DNA of 64,000 nt, taken from assembly GCA_020633125.1 (NCBI GenBank), contig JACKEH010000009.1:27680-91679 (forward strand), written 5' to 3'. Both the position numbers and the translations under genes were made by a program. Every line of letters begins with the position of its first letter. Positions within the stretch are counted from its first letter, which is position 1. Positions 29,201 to 39,745 of the stretch are shown piece by piece. Under the pieces are notes generated by a model that did no database searches, was not told the DNA's origin, and was given only the letters and a program-made list of their open reading frames with translations. This stretch comes from Sandaracinus sp. (lineage in GTDB: Bacteria; Myxococcota_A; Polyangia; Polyangiales; Houyiibacteriaceae).

Positions 29201-30667
29201 CGCGTCGTCGGTGCTGGCCGAGAGCTCGCCCTCGGCGTCCGGCATGGGAAAACGAAAGAGCGCGACCCCTCCGTCGTCGGTGCGCAGACGCATCGCGCGT
29301 CGTCCGGGAATGTCGAGCCGCACCTGCGCGGCACGCACCGGAACGTCGTCGAGGTCGACGAGGCGCACCATCGCCGCCACCGGCTCGCCCGGCGCGTAGC
29401 GGGTCTTGTCGAGCTCGATGCTCGCCTTGTAAGGCACCGTCTCGTAGCGGAGGTCGCGTAGCAATCGCTCGACTCGCCCGAGCGCGTCGCGCACCTCGAG
29501 CTCCACGGTGACAGAGCTCCCGCGGCGACGTCGCATCACCGAACGCACGCGCTCGAGCGTCGCGGCGTCCAACACGAACGCGTGCGGTCCTGCGCCCTCG
29601 ACGCTTCGCGACGCGGTGTGTACCTCTTGGCCCTCGGCACGGACTTTCAGCGCCACCTCGCCACGCTCGAAACGACCGCCGTCGACGTAGGCGAGCGTCA
29701 CCTCGAAGGGCAGCGTCTCGACACGCGGGGTGAGAAAGCGCGGGAGGTCGTGCTCGATGCGAATCACGGGCGCGACGAAGCGACGGATCTGCACCGGCGA
29801 ACGCGCGCTCTCCGAGCCCGCCGACACGGTGATTTGGTAGGTGCCTTCTTCGGCGTGGGCGGGGATCGGGAGGTCGAGGTTCGCGACGCCCCACTCGTCG
29901 GTGCGCACGCTGCCCCCGCCGACCAGCTTGCCGCTCGGATCCGCGAGCTCGACGCTCAAGACGTGATGGGGCAACGCGCGGTATTCGCCACGCAAACGCC
30001 ACGCGAGCGCGCGAAGGTGCAACGTGCGTCCCGGCTGAACGACGCCGCGATCGGTGTACGCGTAGATCGTGGTCGCTTCGAAGGTCGGCGTGCGCGAGAA
30101 CGACGAAAAGCGGGTCGAGCGTACGTGCTCGCCGTGGCGCACCGTGAGCACGCCCGCGGTTCCCGAGTCTTCGTCACGTGGGCGCCGCCGGAACACGAAG
30201 GTGCCGTGTGCCTCCGTCCGGCCCACGAGGGCTCCGTCGAGGAAGACCTCGGCGCTCGGGACCGGCGCGTGCTCCGCGTCGAGCACGACGAGGTGCACCC
30301 ACGAGCCCTCGCCCGCCCACGCTTGGTAGGGGAAATCCATCACGAGATGGAGCGGAGGCGCGACGTAGCTTCCCGACGCGTACTCGGGCGCGGTGCTTCC
30401 GAGCGGGAAGACGGGTCCGGCTTGCTCGGGCGTGAGCGTCTCGCCGGACGCGGCTTCGCCGATCTTCACGTCGATCTCGCCCGGCCGTTCGATCGAAGGA
30501 AGCGCTGCGTCCTCGCCTTCGAAGACCCCACCGTCGTGAACCTCGCGCGTGAGCCGCAGATCGGACCACTCGTCCGTCGGCGCCGCTTCCTGCCACTCGA
30601 GCTTCTCCCCGCCGCACGCCGCGAGCGCGCACGACGCCGCGACGAGCACCCGCGCGCTCCACGTCAT
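26201..30667 (-). CDS. alpha-2-macroglobulin-family lipoprotein (no thioester motif visible)
   Basis: GGAGG lies about 7 nt upstream of ATG 30667. Lipoprotein signal MTWSARVLVAASCALAAC. The protein is about 1488 aa of repeated MG-type beta-sandwich segments. A TED-like region (AAVWRYLEQTGQLNERARAAL...NADGGVGNRF) resembles the A2M thioester domain. No C-x-E-Q anywhere in the ORF. Confidence 0.8.
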   Translation of the reverse strand: MTWSARVLVAASCALAACGGEKLEWQEAAPTDEWSDLRLTREVHDGGVFEGEDAALPSIERPGEIDVKIGEAASGETLTPEQAGPVFPLGSTAPEYASGSYVAPPLHLVMDFPYQAWAGEGSWVHLVVLDAEHAPVPSAEVFLDGALVGRTEAHGTFVFRRRPRDEDSGTAGVLTVRHGEHVRSTRFSSFSRTPTFEATTIYAYTDRGVVQPGRTLHLRALAWRLRGEYRALPHHVLSVELADPSGKLVGGGSVRTDEWGVANLDLPIPAHAEEGTYQITVSAGSESARSPVQIRRFVAPVIRIEHDLPRFLTPRVETLPFEVTLAYVDGGRFERGEVALKVRAEGQEVHTASRSVEGAGPHAFVLDAATLERVRSVMRRRRGSSVTVELEVRDALGRVERLLRDLRYETVPYKASIELDKTRYAPGEPVAAMVRLVDLDDVPVRAAQVRLDIPGRRAMRLRTDDGGVALFRFPMPDAEGELSASTDDAEDVARANLPRGAVLPMRSSVEHTVIAEGEPFEVLVRFPRDVVPNEEVVHADVVDSSGAIVDSFLVPVERGGDEPLARATVNATSWGSMLLTLFTVGRRGADVGLLTDGQNLVVQPGQRLEVTLGGLPESAAPGERIDAEVRVVRDGQAREALVGASVVDSAVLALLDPLERAPRDRFYNAERKVLASTGAQTLTWPVVARTWGVERYDIGWPPNFGYHDGRRPPPPRRRGGGYGSGTALGNDPMGALGALMGDSIGENFGFGGLGLTGTGMGGGGTGEGTIGLGNLGTIGHGAGGGTGSGYGRGAGGFRGRRPSTPRAAPTTIVLRTDFAETSLWEPTLVAENGTLRLHAELPDTLTEQTLTVVASDREGGIATARATIPVRQRLQVRAEVPATLGVGDVVEVPVVARNLGDTPVRARLDLRSEALAVEGEAATLDLPANGAVATTFTVHARRAGEASFEASARADDFVDVERRAVRVRPRGEPSVRRAFGTSREGRDVQTEVTVSSERYEVVRLEVTLPNGVPLLQGLDAFEGETDGPASAAHRALGAAAVWRYLEQTGQLNERARAALRVRLDRLALALVSAQNADGGVGNRFARDAGRRSDPYVSVMALEALSALNAIGAMVPESAVLSARDYVLAAADDHGFLDVRSMAAWRGQSELERRALAAQAAHAVVKVRPRRDQHEAMLAWRVLCTAELEQPGTDPRVLGHCTAFLHALDASSYRNLVARAAERLVDLRNLTHFEPQWLDAWAGHVAAVDVALEVLEDVAPRRFERVAPSAARFLLSTRNSWDSAHGGRGTAHALRALARLRPVPEGDGTLEVEVDGEVVERIEVSSEDLWAAALALRARELALAPGTHRVKVRWSGPQEARVELSHLVWDERATRDENAAMTRRLPDELAVGAPTNAVLRLPGEGPRTLRQVLPSGIDVLLEPLRAHPRVEAAWMEDDELVVALGDGAADLTLALVARLAGTVRLPPAELEDAGGSVVARTPEQTLRVQ

Positions 30668-30739
30668 CCCGAACCTCCGTGGCTTCCCCCGACCTCGGCC
30701 GGAGCTCGAGGTTCCCACGAAAGCGGTCGGACCTGCAGC

Positions 30740-31843
30740 TCAGCCGACGACGAGGTCGTCGCGGTGCACGATCACGCCGGACCCCGGTCGACCGAGGCGC
30801 GCGTCGATTTGATCGCTCTTGGCCCCGGCGAGACGGGCGACGTCGACCGTGCCGTAGCGCGCGAGCCCGCGGCCGATCTCGAGACCTTCGTTCGAGACGA
30901 GACGCACCGCGTCGCCCGGCTCGAAGTCTCCGCGCACGCCGAGCACGCCCGCCGGAAGCAGGCTCGCCTTGCCCCCTCGCAGCGCGTCGGCCGCGCCGGC
31001 GTCGACGATGACGTCGCCCTTCGGGCGCAGCGTGTAGGCGATCCAATGTTTGCGGCTCGCGAGCTTCGCGCCCTTCGGAAGGAAGAGCGTGCCCACGTCG
31101 TCGCCCGCGAGCAGCTTGCCGAGCAGCTCGGGATCACGGGCATCTGCGATGGCGACCGGCACCCCACGCAGGGTCGCGCGACGGGCCGCTTCGACCTTGG
31201 AGGCCATGCCGCCGAGACCGACGTCGTCGGTCGGCGCGCGAAGGAACGCGAGCACCTCGTCCACCTCGCTCACGAGCGGAAGGCGCTTGCCTTGGTGGTC
31301 GAGCACGCCTTCGACGTCGGTGAGCAACACGAGCAAGTCCGCGCCGACCAAGGTCGCCACCATCGCCGCGAGCTGATCGTTGTCGCCGAACTTGATCTCC
31401 TCGACCGCGACGGTGTCGTTCTCGTTGATGATCGGGATCGCGCCGAGCTCGACCAACGCTTCGAGCGCGCGACGGGCGTTGAGGTAACGATCGCGGTCCC
31501 CGAGGTCGGCGTGGGTGAGCAGCACCTGCGCCGCGGGCACGCCGTGAGGCTCGAAGGCGTCTTCCCACGCGCGAACGAGCCGCGACTGACCCGCCGCCGC
31601 CACGGCCTGAAGCCGCGCCATGTCCTTGGGGCGGCGATCGAGGCCGAGGCGCTCACGGCCGAGCGCGATGGCCCCCGACGAGACGAGGACGACGCTGCGC
31701 CCGTCGGTGCGAAGCGCCGCGACCTGCGCCGCGAGTCGCGCGAACCGATCGGGCTCGGCCAAGAGCGAGCGCGAACCGATCTTCACCACCACCCGACGCG
31801 CCTCGCGAAGGGCTCGTCGTGCTTGCTCGTCGTCGCTCGCCAT
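30740..31843 (-). CDS. proB: glutamate 5-kinase with C-terminal PUA domain
   Basis: RRVVVKIGSRSLL, INENDTVAVEEIKFGDNDQLAAMVA, LLTDVEGV and a PUA-like tail (GDVIVDAGAADALRGGKASLLPAGV). Confidence 0.93.
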   Translation of the reverse strand: MASDDEQARRALREARRVVVKIGSRSLLAEPDRFARLAAQVAALRTDGRSVVLVSSGAIALGRERLGLDRRPKDMARLQAVAAAGQSRLVRAWEDAFEPHGVPAAQVLLTHADLGDRDRYLNARRALEALVELGAIPIINENDTVAVEEIKFGDNDQLAAMVATLVGADLLVLLTDVEGVLDHQGKRLPLVSEVDEVLAFLRAPTDDVGLGGMASKVEAARRATLRGVPVAIADARDPELLGKLLAGDDVGTLFLPKGAKLASRKHWIAYTLRPKGDVIVDAGAADALRGGKASLLPAGVLGVRGDFEPGDAVRLVSNEGLEIGRGLARYGTVDVARLAGAKSDQIDARLGRPGSGVIVHRDDLVVG

Positions 31844-31951
31844 GTTCGCGCGTTCTAGCAGGCTGCTGAAAAAGTCCCACGCCGTCCTTCGGCGATCAGG
31901 CCGCGCTGGGCGCGCCGTTCGACCTTCGCGTGGCGGGAATCGAGCCTGCCC

Positions 31952-33082
31952 TCAGGGGGGCGTGCACGGGTCCGGCAGATCGCGGCTCGGTCCGAGGCCG
32001 GCCCACTGGGCGCGCACCGCGCGAAAGGTTACGCCGAGACTGATCGCGTCGCAGGTCACGGTTGGCCCACCCGTGCCCGGCGTGCTGCGCACGTCGGCGA
32101 TCGTGTCGAGCTGGGCCTCCACGATGTTGCGCTGGGGGGTGCCGACGCAGATGCCGATGTTGTTGCCGGTGTCGAGCAGATCGAGGATCGCCCAACGCCC
32201 CGCCACGGTGGCGATCTCGATGCCGGAGAAGTCTTCGTTGAACGTACCGAACGCGTAGGCGTCGGTGAGCCGCACGCGGACTCCGGCCTCGGTGCCCGCG
32301 AAGAAGAGAATGTCGATGCGATCGGGGAGGCGCATCACCACGGTGCCGTCGCTGACGTAGGCGTTGTCGTCCAGCACGCGAGGCCGCGCCTCGTTGGCCA
32401 TGAAGAACGTGTCGTCGCGCGCGAACCAGTGGTCGTTGCCGTCCCATGCGGGCAGCGGCGCCGGCATCGCGTCGGACGTGTTCACCAGATCCATGCCCTC
32501 GAAACGCACGCTCGAAGGATCGGCGGTCGTGCCACCCGCGGATTGGCTCAAGAGAATCGACACCCGAGGATCGTTTCGCGTGCCGTTCCAGCCGGTCATG
32601 CGCAGCAAGATCGCGCCGATGCCGGCGGCTTGGTTCGTTCGCGAGTCGGTCTCGAGGTCTTCGAGCGCCAAGCGGACGATCGGAAAGAGCCGGCTGCCGA
32701 ACGCGTTGTCGATTCCGTCGGTGCCGTCGACCTCCGGCTCGGCCGTCTCGTTCGGCGGCAGACACTCCACCTCGGGCACCGGCGGGCGACTGTCGAGATC
32801 GTCGAGGTCGAGACCGATGTCCTTCCAACGATCGGCGTCTTGGTTGAGCGTCACGTCACGAAGGGCGAGCAACATCGAGTCGACGTCGGGACCTTCGCTC
32901 TCGAGCGAGGGACGCGACGGCACCTTTCGCAGCCCCGAGGGTCTCGGCACGTCCGGCACCGGCGCGTCGGCGACGGGTGCGTCGACGGAAGGTGTCGCAT
33001 CGGCCGGCTCGATGAGCCCAGCGTCGAAGACCTTGCACCCGCTCGACGCGAGCACGACCGCAATCCACAGCGCCCCTCGCAT
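31952..33082 (-). CDS. hypothetical lipoprotein
   Basis: Lipobox MRGALWIAVVLASSGC, a Pro/Asp-rich linker and then a ~300-aa globular part. No family recognised. Confidence 0.6.
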   Translation of the reverse strand: MRGALWIAVVLASSGCKVFDAGLIEPADATPSVDAPVADAPVPDVPRPSGLRKVPSRPSLESEGPDVDSMLLALRDVTLNQDADRWKDIGLDLDDLDSRPPVPEVECLPPNETAEPEVDGTDGIDNAFGSRLFPIVRLALEDLETDSRTNQAAGIGAILLRMTGWNGTRNDPRVSILLSQSAGGTTADPSSVRFEGMDLVNTSDAMPAPLPAWDGNDHWFARDDTFFMANEARPRVLDDNAYVSDGTVVMRLPDRIDILFFAGTEAGVRVRLTDAYAFGTFNEDFSGIEIATVAGRWAILDLLDTGNNIGICVGTPQRNIVEAQLDTIADVRSTPGTGGPTVTCDAISLGVTFRAVRAQWAGLGPSRDLPDPCTPP

Positions 33083-33212
33083 TGCCCCGCGCGCAACGTA
33101 ACAGAAACGATCGCGAGACGGTCAGGGCTCCTCGAAAACGAGCCCACGAAAAAGGCCACCCCGAAGGGTGGCCTCTCTCATGTTCCTCGAGCCGACGCCC
33201 GAGGTCGGTCGC

Positions 33213-33719
33213 TCAGGGGCGAACCGAGTTGCTGCGGAGCTCCGTCACGTGGAGCGTGCCGCGGATGTTCTCACCGGCGCGGTAGCTGGTGACCCACACG
33301 TCGTACTGACCGGCCGCCGGGTTCGCGATGTCGACCTGCGGGTTGAGGCCCGCGGTGTCGTCGTTGCAAAGCCACTGACCGTTCGCGGTGTTGATCGCGA
33401 GCGCGGTGTCGCCCTGGCCCTGGAAGTAGAAGCGCAGGAAGCCCGCCGGGTTGCTGTAGTTGACGATGACGTCGGGCTGCGCCGTGGCGAAGCCCGTGCA
33501 GCCGGCGCCGAGGCCCATGCCCGCAACGTTGAGGCTGCCGCCCGAGACGACGTTGGCGATGTTCTTCGGGTCCGGCACGAAGCCGCCGCGAAGGGCGTGC
33601 GTGCCGAAGTTCGCGCTGCTGCCGCCGATGCGGAGCGAGCCCTGGGCGACCGAGTCCCCGTGGAAACCGAGCACGACGAGCGCTCCAAGCAGCCCGAGCG
33701 CCAGCGTAATCTTGCTCAT
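33213..33719 (-). CDS. small secreted protein, possibly a PPC-like beta-sandwich
   Basis: GGAGGG lies upstream. Signal peptide MSKITLALGLLGALVVLGFHG. The mature part (FLRFYFQGQGDTALAINTANGQWLCNDD...GQYDVWVTSY) is reminiscent of pre-peptidase C-terminal domains. A GTG three codons upstream is an alternative start. Confidence 0.5.
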   Translation of the reverse strand: MSKITLALGLLGALVVLGFHGDSVAQGSLRIGGSSANFGTHALRGGFVPDPKNIANVVSGGSLNVAGMGLGAGCTGFATAQPDVIVNYSNPAGFLRFYFQGQGDTALAINTANGQWLCNDDTAGLNPQVDIANPAAGQYDVWVTSYRAGENIRGTLHVTELRSNSVRP

Positions 33720-33907
33720 CTTCTTCACAAAGCCCTCCAATCCTCTCCGTGCGTTGCCGACCGTGAGGGACGCACGGGACCCTCGGTGGTCGGCATCGAC
33801 GGGGATGCTAGCGAGATATTCAGGAACCAGTGGGAGAAATTTTTCAGTCAGAGGGAAAGGTGGGATGCAGTTGGGATCGTCCTGCCAGCCCACGCGTCCG
33901 AGCGCAG

Positions 33908-34921
33908 ATGTACGACGTTTCCCGCCGCCTCTTCCCCGTCTTGGTGATGCTCGTCGGGGTTTTCCCGAGCGCCGGCGACGCGGCACGAGGCCCTAGCCTG
34001 CACTCCTCGTCCGGGGATGGGGCCGTCGACCTTCGGGTCGGCGAAGCCATCGACGTCGAGGTGCGCTGGAACGGACGCCCCCTGCCGGCGGGTGCACGCG
34101 TGCGGTGGCTCGAGCTCGCGCCGCGACCGGAGCACGTGGAGCTCACACCTCCGAGCCCGCCCTATCGAACGTATTCGAACGCACAGCTCGGGGGCCCCCG
34201 CCATGGGCGATGGATCGGCCAAGACGTGCTCGAAGGCGACGTCTTGCCGCTGGCTTTCGGGGAGGCCGCCGGGTCGCGCTGGCGTTGGACCCCCGAACGT
34301 CCGGGCACGCGTTGGCTCGCGGCCGAGGTCACGCTCGCGGACGGCACCGTCGCACGTACGCCGGCTTCGTTCGGGCGTGGAGGCGTCGATCCGCGGGCGA
34401 TGCGCGTGAGCGTGCGTGAGGACGACAGCTTCGTCGGTTGGCTCGCGGCGTACTTCGGCGTCCCCTACGTCTTCGGGAGCACCCCCGCGCAATCCGAGAG
34501 CTTTCGCGGCATCGACTGCGCCGACGTGATGGTGGCTGCACAGCGGCGCGCGAGTGGACGGGCGCTCGGCTACGTCAGCGTGCAGGGTCTGGAGCGGCAT
34601 GCGGAGCCCGTCGGCGACGCGTTCGAGGTGGACGCCGAAGGGGCCGTCACGCGTGGGGGCGAGCCCGCGCTCGTTCGGTTCGGCCAGGACGTCGCGCGCG
34701 GTGACCTCTTGGCCATCGACTACGCCGACGATCCCGACGGGCAGCTTCCGCGACCCTGGGATCACGTCGGCGCCGTGCTCGAGGACCGAGGTCCGAGCGG
34801 CGCGGCGGACGGCCTGCTCGGTCCGGACGACTTGATCCGACACATGGGCCTTCGTGGGCTGATGGACGAGCCGCTGCGCCGTCACGGCCACGTGCGCCTT
34901 CGCGTGTGGCGCTGGCGCTGA
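33908..34921 (+). CDS. secreted NlpC/P60-superfamily-like (papain-fold) protein
   Basis: Signal-like MYDVSRRLFPVLVMLVGVFPSAG. The C-terminal half has YVFGSTPAQSESFRGIDCADVMV (candidate nucleophile Cys) and GDLLAIDY...WDHVGAVL (candidate His). That spacing is typical of NlpC/P60-like enzymes. Confidence 0.5.
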   Translation: MYDVSRRLFPVLVMLVGVFPSAGDAARGPSLHSSSGDGAVDLRVGEAIDVEVRWNGRPLPAGARVRWLELAPRPEHVELTPPSPPYRTYSNAQLGGPRHGRWIGQDVLEGDVLPLAFGEAAGSRWRWTPERPGTRWLAAEVTLADGTVARTPASFGRGGVDPRAMRVSVREDDSFVGWLAAYFGVPYVFGSTPAQSESFRGIDCADVMVAAQRRASGRALGYVSVQGLERHAEPVGDAFEVDAEGAVTRGGEPALVRFGQDVARGDLLAIDYADDPDGQLPRPWDHVGAVLEDRGPSGAADGLLGPDDLIRHMGLRGLMDEPLRRHGHVRLRVWRWR

Positions 34922-34964
34922 TCGAAAGCGGTTCATGCCGAGCCACGCGTGGTAAAGAGCCGCC

Positions 34965-35756
34965 GTGCTCGTCGCCGCTCACGTCGTGGAGGTGCTCCTC
35001 CTCGGGCTCGGACCGTTCCTCTTCGCGCGGGCGTTCGCGCGGCGTTGGGAGCGTCCGCTCGGCATCTTCGGCGTCGGTCTCCTCTGCTTCGTCTTCGCCG
35101 AGGTGGCACGCATCGGAATCGCGCGTGGCCTCGGCGCGCTCTTCGAGAGCGGCGCACTGCCGCTTCCGAGCGACGAGACGACGCTCGTCTGGGTGAGCGC
35201 GTCGCTCGCCGGCGTGATTGCGGCGGTGACCGATCAGGCCTTTCGTGTGGTCGCGTTGCGGCGTTGGGTCGAGCCTTGCGACGGGCGCACGGGCGCCTTG
35301 CTGGGGCTCGGCCACGGGGGCGCCGAAGCGATGCTCTCCGCGGTGCTCGTGCTCGTCATGGCGGGCATCGCGCTGGTCGGCGAGAACAGCACCTTCGAGG
35401 ACCTCGAAGCGATGGGTTTCGAGGGCCGCGCCGCGGTGCGCGTGGGCATGAAGGTGCTCGCTTGGTGGGAGGCCTCCCCGACCGATGCGTTGCTCGCGGC
35501 CGGACAACAGCTCTGCCTCGTGGTCCTGCACCTCGGCCTCTCGGTCGCGGTGGCGACGGGGTTGGCGCGACGCGCGTGGGGCTGGGTCGCGTCGGCGGTC
35601 CTTCTTCACGCCGTGCTCGCGACCTTGCTCTCGTGGATTGCGTCGAAGACCCCAGGCTTGGGCATCGAGCTCGCGGTGCATGGCGCGGCCGCGCTCGTGG
35701 GCGTCGGGCTGGTGGCCGCCGCGAACCGCGGGACGAACGACCACAAAGCCTCGTGA
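34965..35756 (+). CDS. YhfC-family intramembrane protease-like protein
   Basis: GTG start. Polytopic membrane protein with LGLGHGGAEAM and LLHAVLATL motifs and about 7 TM helices, matching my recollection of the YhfC family. Confidence 0.6.
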   Translation: MLVAAHVVEVLLLGLGPFLFARAFARRWERPLGIFGVGLLCFVFAEVARIGIARGLGALFESGALPLPSDETTLVWVSASLAGVIAAVTDQAFRVVALRRWVEPCDGRTGALLGLGHGGAEAMLSAVLVLVMAGIALVGENSTFEDLEAMGFEGRAAVRVGMKVLAWWEASPTDALLAAGQQLCLVVLHLGLSVAVATGLARRAWGWVASAVLLHAVLATLLSWIASKTPGLGIELAVHGAAALVGVGLVAAANRGTNDHKAS

Positions 35757-36112
35757 TCACGAGACATTCCGCCACCTCGCCGCCTCGCGCGTCGAACGCG
35801 GTGGCGGCGGCGTTCGCTGCGCTTCGTCTCTCGGCGAAGTGAGCGCGGCTCGCCCGAGCGCGGCCCGTCCCCGTGCGGCGAGGAGCCCGCCTCGTGCCGT
35901 TGAAAAGTCGCCGTAAAGTCGTCGAAGCAACCCCGAAACCAAGTGTCCGTGCCTTGCACCCCGGGGCCCCTTGCGCGAGGTTACGCGCGCCTTCGGGCTC
36001 CGGCCGACCTTAGCGGCCCGGGTCCAGGCGGTGCGGAGCGCGTGAACCTCAGGGGTGTGAGGACACGACGCGACGGGCCGACATCAGCAGCCATCACGAG
36101 GAGCCCTCTCGC

Positions 36113-38479
36113 ATGACCGAACCCATTCGCAGGGTCGGCGTCATCGGTGCAGGCGTCATGGGCAGCGGCATCGCCGCCCACTTCGCCAACGCCGGCGTCG
36201 AAGTCGTCCTTCTCGACATCGTCCCGCCCAAGCTGAGCGACGAAGAGCGCAAGGACCCGAAGAAGCGCAGTGCGTTCGCCGAAGGCGCGCTCGAGAAGAC
36301 GAAGAAGGCGCGCCCGGCGCTCTTCTTCCACCCGAGCAACGCGACCCTCGTCCGCACCGGCAACCTGGAAGACCACCTTCAGGAGCTCGCGAACGTCGAC
36401 CTCGTCGTCGAGGCGATCATCGAGAACCTGAAGATCAAGCAGGACCTCTTCACGAAGCTCGAGGCGACCTGCAAGCCGGGCACGATCGTGGCCTCGAACA
36501 CGTCGGGCCTGCGCATCGTGGACATGGTCGAAGGCCGCTCCGAGGCGTTCAAGAAGAACTTCCTCGTGATGCACTTCTTCAACCCCGTCCGTTACATGAA
36601 GCTCCTCGAGCTCGTGGTCGGACCGGACACGGATCCGGCGGCGCTCGAGCGCATCGTCGCGTGCAGCAAGGAGCAGCTCGGCAAGGGCGTCGTGATCGGC
36701 AAGGACACGCCGAACTTCGTCGGCAACCGCATCGGCTGCCACTCGATGCTGCTGACGATGCACACGATGATCGACATGGGCATGCAGCCCGAAGAGGTCG
36801 ACGCGATCACCGGCCCCCCGATGGGTCACCCGAAGTCGGCGAGCTTCCGCACCGCGGACATGGTCGGTCTCGACACCTTCCTGCACGTCACCGACAACTG
36901 CTACGCGGCGCTCGAGAACGACGAAGAGCGCGACGTCTTCAAGGCGCCGGACTTCTTCCGCAAGATGGTCGAGGACAAGAAGCTCCTCGGCAACAAGAGC
37001 GGCGGCGGCTTCTACAAGAAGGACAAGTCGGGCGTCGCGACGCTCGATCCGACCACGCTCGAGTACCGCCCGAAGGGTGGCGACGAAGCCCTCATCAAGG
37101 CGATGAAGGGCATCAAGGGCTCGCCCGCGGATCGCGTGAAGAAGCTCGTCGCGACCGAAGGCAAGGCCGGCGAGTTCGCGTGGAAGGTGCTCTCGCGCGC
37201 CCTCGCCTACTCGGCGCGTCGCATCCCGGAGATCGCCGACTCGGTCGTCGCGATCGATGACGCGATGAAGTGGGGCTACAACTGGGAGCTCGGCCCCTTC
37301 GAGACGTGGGACGCGCTCGGCTTCGTCGAGACGACCAAGCGCATGATGGCCGAGGGCGTCGACGTCCCCGCGCACGTCGTGAAGATGCTCGAGAGCGGCG
37401 CGACCAGCTTCTACAAGGGCCGCGACGAGGTCTTCGACCTCAACGCCAACGCCTACGTGAAGCGTGACCTCGACGCGCGCGAGGCCCCGCTGGTGATCGT
37501 CCGCAAGGGCGCGCCGGTCCTCGAGAACGCGGGCGCGGTCGCCTACGATCTCGGCGACGGCGTCCTCGGGCTGACCTTCAAGACGAAGATGAACAGCATC
37601 GACGACAAGGTCATCGAGCTGCTCGGACAGTCCGTCGCGAAGGCGGAGAGCGACTTCCGCGGTCTGCTCCTGACGAACGAAGGCGACGCCTTCTGCGTGG
37701 GCGCCGACCTCATGGCCGTCGTTCTTGCTGCAAACAACGAGCAATGGGATGCGCTGCGCACGATGGTGCGTGGGCTTCACACGGCCGTGCAGCAGATGAA
37801 GTACTCGAAGGTGCCCGTCGTGGCGGCGCCCTACGGGTTCACCTTCGGCGGCGGCCTCGAGCTCTGCCTCGCGTGCGACGCGGTTCAGGCGGCGGCCGAG
37901 ACGTACACCGGCCTCGTCGAGGTCGGCGTGGGCCTCGTTCCGGGCGGCGGCGGCCACGTGAACATGCTCTGGCGCGCGCTCGAGAACATCCCCGACGGCA
38001 CGGTCTACGACCCCACGCCCTTCATCGCGCGCGTGTTCCAGAACATCGCGCTCGCCCGCGTGGCGGAGAGCGGCGTCGAGGCGCAGCACTTCGGTTACTT
38101 CCGCCACACCGACGGCATCTCCTTCGACCGTGCGCGTCAGCTGCACGAGGCGAAGGCACGCGTCATCGGCATGGCCGAGGCGGGCTACAAGCCGAAGGCG
38201 CGGCGCGCGCACAAGCTGCTCGGCGCGAGCGGCATCGCGACGCTCGGCTCGATGGTCGACGACATGGTCATCAACGGCCACGCGTCCGAGCACGACGCGC
38301 TGATCTCGAAGAAGGTCGCGACCATCCTCTGCGGAGGCAACGCGGGCCACACGCACGCGGTGACCGAGCAGGAGATCCTCGACATCGAGCTCGAGGCGTT
38401 CCTCTCGCTCTGCGGCGAGCCGAAGAGCATCGAGCGCATGCAGTACATGCTCATGAACAACAAGCCTCTGCGAAACTGA
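36113..38479 (+). CDS. 3-hydroxyacyl-CoA dehydrogenase / enoyl-CoA hydratase fusion protein (FadN-type domain order)
   Basis: GAGGAG lies upstream. N-terminal Rossmann VGVIGAGVMGSGIAAHFANAGVEVVLLD, 3HCDH C-domains and a C-terminal crotonase fold (FCVGADL...GGGLELCLACD). Confidence 0.92.
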   Translation: MTEPIRRVGVIGAGVMGSGIAAHFANAGVEVVLLDIVPPKLSDEERKDPKKRSAFAEGALEKTKKARPALFFHPSNATLVRTGNLEDHLQELANVDLVVEAIIENLKIKQDLFTKLEATCKPGTIVASNTSGLRIVDMVEGRSEAFKKNFLVMHFFNPVRYMKLLELVVGPDTDPAALERIVACSKEQLGKGVVIGKDTPNFVGNRIGCHSMLLTMHTMIDMGMQPEEVDAITGPPMGHPKSASFRTADMVGLDTFLHVTDNCYAALENDEERDVFKAPDFFRKMVEDKKLLGNKSGGGFYKKDKSGVATLDPTTLEYRPKGGDEALIKAMKGIKGSPADRVKKLVATEGKAGEFAWKVLSRALAYSARRIPEIADSVVAIDDAMKWGYNWELGPFETWDALGFVETTKRMMAEGVDVPAHVVKMLESGATSFYKGRDEVFDLNANAYVKRDLDAREAPLVIVRKGAPVLENAGAVAYDLGDGVLGLTFKTKMNSIDDKVIELLGQSVAKAESDFRGLLLTNEGDAFCVGADLMAVVLAANNEQWDALRTMVRGLHTAVQQMKYSKVPVVAAPYGFTFGGGLELCLACDAVQAAAETYTGLVEVGVGLVPGGGGHVNMLWRALENIPDGTVYDPTPFIARVFQNIALARVAESGVEAQHFGYFRHTDGISFDRARQLHEAKARVIGMAEAGYKPKARRAHKLLGASGIATLGSMVDDMVINGHASEHDALISKKVATILCGGNAGHTHAVTEQEILDIELEAFLSLCGEPKSIERMQYMLMNNKPLRN

Positions 38480-38525
38480 TCGCGGACCGCTCAACCATCA
38501 CTTTCACAGAGATTGGAGAACACTC

Positions 38526-39692
<1,167 letters not shown>

Positions 39693-39711
39693 GCTTTCCC
39701 CTTCGTCGGAG

Positions 39712-39745
39712 ACGGCCGGCCTTTCGGGGTCGGCCGTTTTCGTTT
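39712..39745 (+). terminator. intrinsic terminator after the thiolase gene
   Basis: ACGGCCGgcctttcggggtCGGCCGT hairpin followed by TTTTCGTTTCCGTC. Confidence 0.7.

Noticed and set aside
31952-33082. Possible paralogy between this lipoprotein and the lipoprotein at 55183..56115.
   Set aside because: They share only a vague similarity in segment order by eye (for example ILLRMTGW versus WLIRLEGA, and a C-terminal Cys pattern). That is too weak to claim without a profile alignment.
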